A stretch of DNA of 64,000 nt from the NCBI GenBank assembly GCA_002269645.1, contig NIVC01003167.1, positions 51,645 through 115,644 on the forward strand, given 5' to 3'. A program made the translations under genes and the position numbers. Origin of the DNA: Macrostomum lignano (taxonomy: Eukaryota). Below the pieces are notes generated by a model, which was not told the origin of the DNA, did not search any database, and saw only the letters and a list, made by a program, of their open reading frames with translations. Of the stretch, positions 63,548-64,000 are shown in pieces; the stretch's first letter is position 1, and every line of letters starts with the position of its first letter.

Positions 63548-64000
63548 TTTTAGAGAAAATTTAATTTTTTTTCAAAGGGTAAGGACCCTGGGTTAGCGGG
63601 ATTTAAAGTCTTAGGATCTGGTTAGCACGTTGCGGATTGAATGTGTGGAGAAGAATACAGATTGTTTTCTGATTGTTTCGAAGATGCTATGGGTGGATGT
63701 CAGTGGATTATGTAGGACACCTGCTATGCTCTGATTCTGTCGTGGAGGAAGGAGGATAGGTTAGGAGGATTATGTTCGAAGTTTTGTAAGCGAGTGCGGA
63801 CACCTGTTATGCTCTGATTCAGGGATAATATGATGGATTTAATGGGATTATGTTCGAAGTTTTCGGAGCAACTAGCGACACCTGTTATGCTCTGATTCTG
63901 TCAGGGATAATATGGATGGATTTAATAGGATTATGGAGGATGTTTTGTGAGCGAGTGCGACCCCCTTTTTTTTCTGATTCTTGTCGGGGATAATATGGAT
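63385..64000. repeat. Right terminal inverted repeat (truncated by the window end)
   Basis: Reverse complement of 47541-48154. Confidence 0.95.

Larger units (their letters stand above)
47370..64000. mobile_element. Polinton/Maverick (adintovirus-like) endogenous virus, near-complete; right end runs off the window
   Basis: Long TIRs; pPolB, DDE integrase, adenain-like protease, A32-like ATPase, major and minor capsid, PLA2 and pX-like genes; about 17 kb. The left terminus is tentative (AGTAGT at 47370). Confidence 0.95.

Overview
Animal (metazoan) genomic DNA. GC-rich exons sit in introns filled with micro- and minisatellites; the style suggests a free-living flatworm such as Macrostomum, but that is inference only. 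Host genes: a two-exon tail of an unknown gene (+), a Methuselah/family-B-like GPCR (-), a ~900-aa coiled-coil gene (+), a CCDC14-like gene (-) and exon 1 of a CCDC74/92-like gene (+). Transposons: a full-length Mag-like Ty3/Gypsy element with an intact ORF (6548-11226, TSD TACAG) inside the GPCR intron, a lightly damaged CsRn1/Boudicca-type Gypsy (14749-19248, TSD AATG) and a decayed mariner (21895-22851). The main feature is a near-complete ~17-kb Polinton/Maverick (adintovirus-like) provirus from about 47.4 kb to beyond the window end. It has long terminal inverted repeats (TIRs) and encodes protein-primed PolB, a retroviral-type integrase, an adenain-like protease, an A32-like packaging ATPase, major and minor capsid proteins, a parvovirus-type PLA2, an adenovirus pX-like core protein and several orphans. 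Its expression architecture is unusual. At least four genes start with a poly(T)-TAG-A-run-ATG splice-acceptor-like signature, suggesting trans-splicing or leader splicing. Both head-to-head gene pairs are exactly 30 nt apart and both tail-to-tail pairs 4 nt apart. One HTH-like gene has its own TATA box, CRE-like repeats and a spliceosomal intron, and a small gene is partly duplicated in the TIRs. Many viral ORFs carry 1-nt frameshifts that look like long-read consensus errors.
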